NCBI GenBank assembly: GCA_038322625.1
Contig: JBBQGA010000015.1
Span: 60,339 to 124,338, forward strand
Direction of reading: 5' to 3'
From: Chloroflexia bacterium
Lineage (GTDB): Bacteria; Chloroflexota; Chloroflexia; Chloroheliales; Chloroheliaceae
DNA: 64,000 nucleotides
Made by a program: the position numbers and the translations under genes. Below are positions 63,281-64,000 of the stretch, piece by piece. The first letter of the stretch is position 1. Each line of letters opens with the position of its first letter. Under the pieces are notes generated by a model that did no database searches, was not told the DNA's origin, and worked only from the letters and a program-made list of their open reading frames with translations.

Positions 63281-64000
63281 TTAATCCGGCTGGTGTAGCC
63301 AGCCTTTTTCAAAGACCCAGGTTGCCAGTTGGATGCGCGAGTTGAAATCTAACTTGGAAAAAATATGGTCAAGGTAACTTTCGACCGTCCGTTTGTTCAA
63401 GACCAACGTTTCGGCAATCTCGCGGTTCGTTTTACCCTGGGCCACCAGCAAAGCGACCTCCCGTTCGCGTTCAGTCAGACCAGCCCAGGCTTTTTTGGCC
63501 GCCTGGCGTTCCGATGGGGCCGGGACAGCCGGAACCTCGGCTTGGGCCTGGCGCTGAAAATGAGCTTGTAAAACCGGGTCGTCAAGCTCGGCGGCAATTT
63601 CAGCAATAAGGGATTGAGCGGTTCGGATTGCCCCGGTAGCCGCTTCGGGGCGTTTCAGTTTTAAAAACAGCCCGGCCAGGGCCAGGTTGACCCGCCAGAG
63701 CAAAGGGCGTACCTCCTGGGTCTCGAGAGCCGCTTTGAATGTTAGCAAGATTGTCTCGGCTTCCTGGTTGCGATTCAGGGCCATTAAAATCCGGGCCTGT
63801 AGCAGCGTCGGAAGGACCGGTTGAACCGGAAGACCCAGGATATTGACCGGGCTAAAAGCTTGCATCCTGTTGGCAATATCAAGGGCCTTTACATGCTGAC
63901 CCTGAGCAAAGGCCAGTTCGGCCTGGGCCTGCCAGGCGGTACGCTGGCCAAGGGTTTGAGTGAGGGTATCCGGGGCCAGTATTGCCTGCAAAGTTTCTTC
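63281..64000 (-). CDS. 3' part of a LuxR/LAL-type transcriptional regulator (continues beyond the window)
   Basis: C-terminal GerE/LuxR HTH (LTEREREVALLVAQGKTNREIAETLVLNKRTVESYLDHIFSKL) preceded by TPR-like helices. The frame is open to base 64000. Confidence 0.75.
   Translation of the reverse strand, partial: EETLQAILAPDTLTQTLGQRTAWQAQAELAFAQGQHVKALDIANRMQAFSPVNILGLPVQPVLPTLLQARILMALNRNQEAETILLTFKAALETQEVRPLLWRVNLALAGLFLKLKRPEAATGAIRTAQSLIAEIAAELDDPVLQAHFQRQAQAEVPAVPAPSERQAAKKAWAGLTEREREVALLVAQGKTNREIAETLVLNKRTVESYLDHIFSKLDFNSRIQLATWVFEKGWLHQPD

Noticed and set aside
1-64000. Search for CRISPR arrays, tRNA or rRNA genes, and a tRNA-type att site for the recombinase.
   Set aside because: No regularly spaced short direct repeats were seen. 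No cloverleaf-like or rRNA-like sequence was recognised in any intergenic region. This was a visual scan only, so tRNAscan/Infernal should confirm it.

Overview
This 64-kb bacterial chromosomal window is moderately GC-rich. Pro/Thr-rich linkers, Tat and lipobox signals, a DsbA-VKOR pair and many IS scars suggest a Chloroflexota- or Actinomycetota-like genome, but the taxon is a guess. Bases 1-20 kb hold housekeeping and envelope genes: polA, secreted and lipoproteins, a DsbA/VKOR disulfide pair, a GAF histidine kinase, a Rieske protein and an ECF sigma/anti-sigma pair. Bases 20-30 kb hold IS remnants, a Hanks kinase/PP2C pair and an amine-catabolism cluster (copper amine oxidase plus two APC permeases). 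Bases 30-47 kb hold an orphan Rad52-like annealing protein and a large aromatic-acid catabolic cluster. That cluster comprises an aryl-AMP ligase, a salicylyl-CoA-hydroxylase-like flavoprotein, a Liv-type ABC importer, a PucR regulator, an SDR, a PaaA/C-like diiron protein, gentisate 1,2-dioxygenase, a PaaK-like ligase and a PaaI thioesterase. A tyrosine recombinase gene interrupts it. A ~175-bp MITE-like repeat occurs in three full copies. The standout is at 49.6-63.3 kb. After a junction of IS debris and an AT-rich leader, a visibly lower-GC, tightly coupled plus-strand operon encodes six main products. These are an 1820-aa SF2 helicase fused to a DUF1998/MrfA-type zinc module (DruE/DrmA+DrmB-like), a Cas4-like PD-(D/E)xK nuclease with an Fe-S cysteine signature, a 1135-aa SNF2/RapA-like ATPase, a RecQ-like helicase split by a single in-frame TAG, and two proteins with no motif I recognise. 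No methyltransferase or PLD nuclease is present, so it does not match canonical DISARM or Druantia. I regard it as a candidate undescribed anti-phage or DNA-surveillance system. No rRNA, tRNA or CRISPR array was recognised. All homology statements rest on motif recognition by eye, not on searches.
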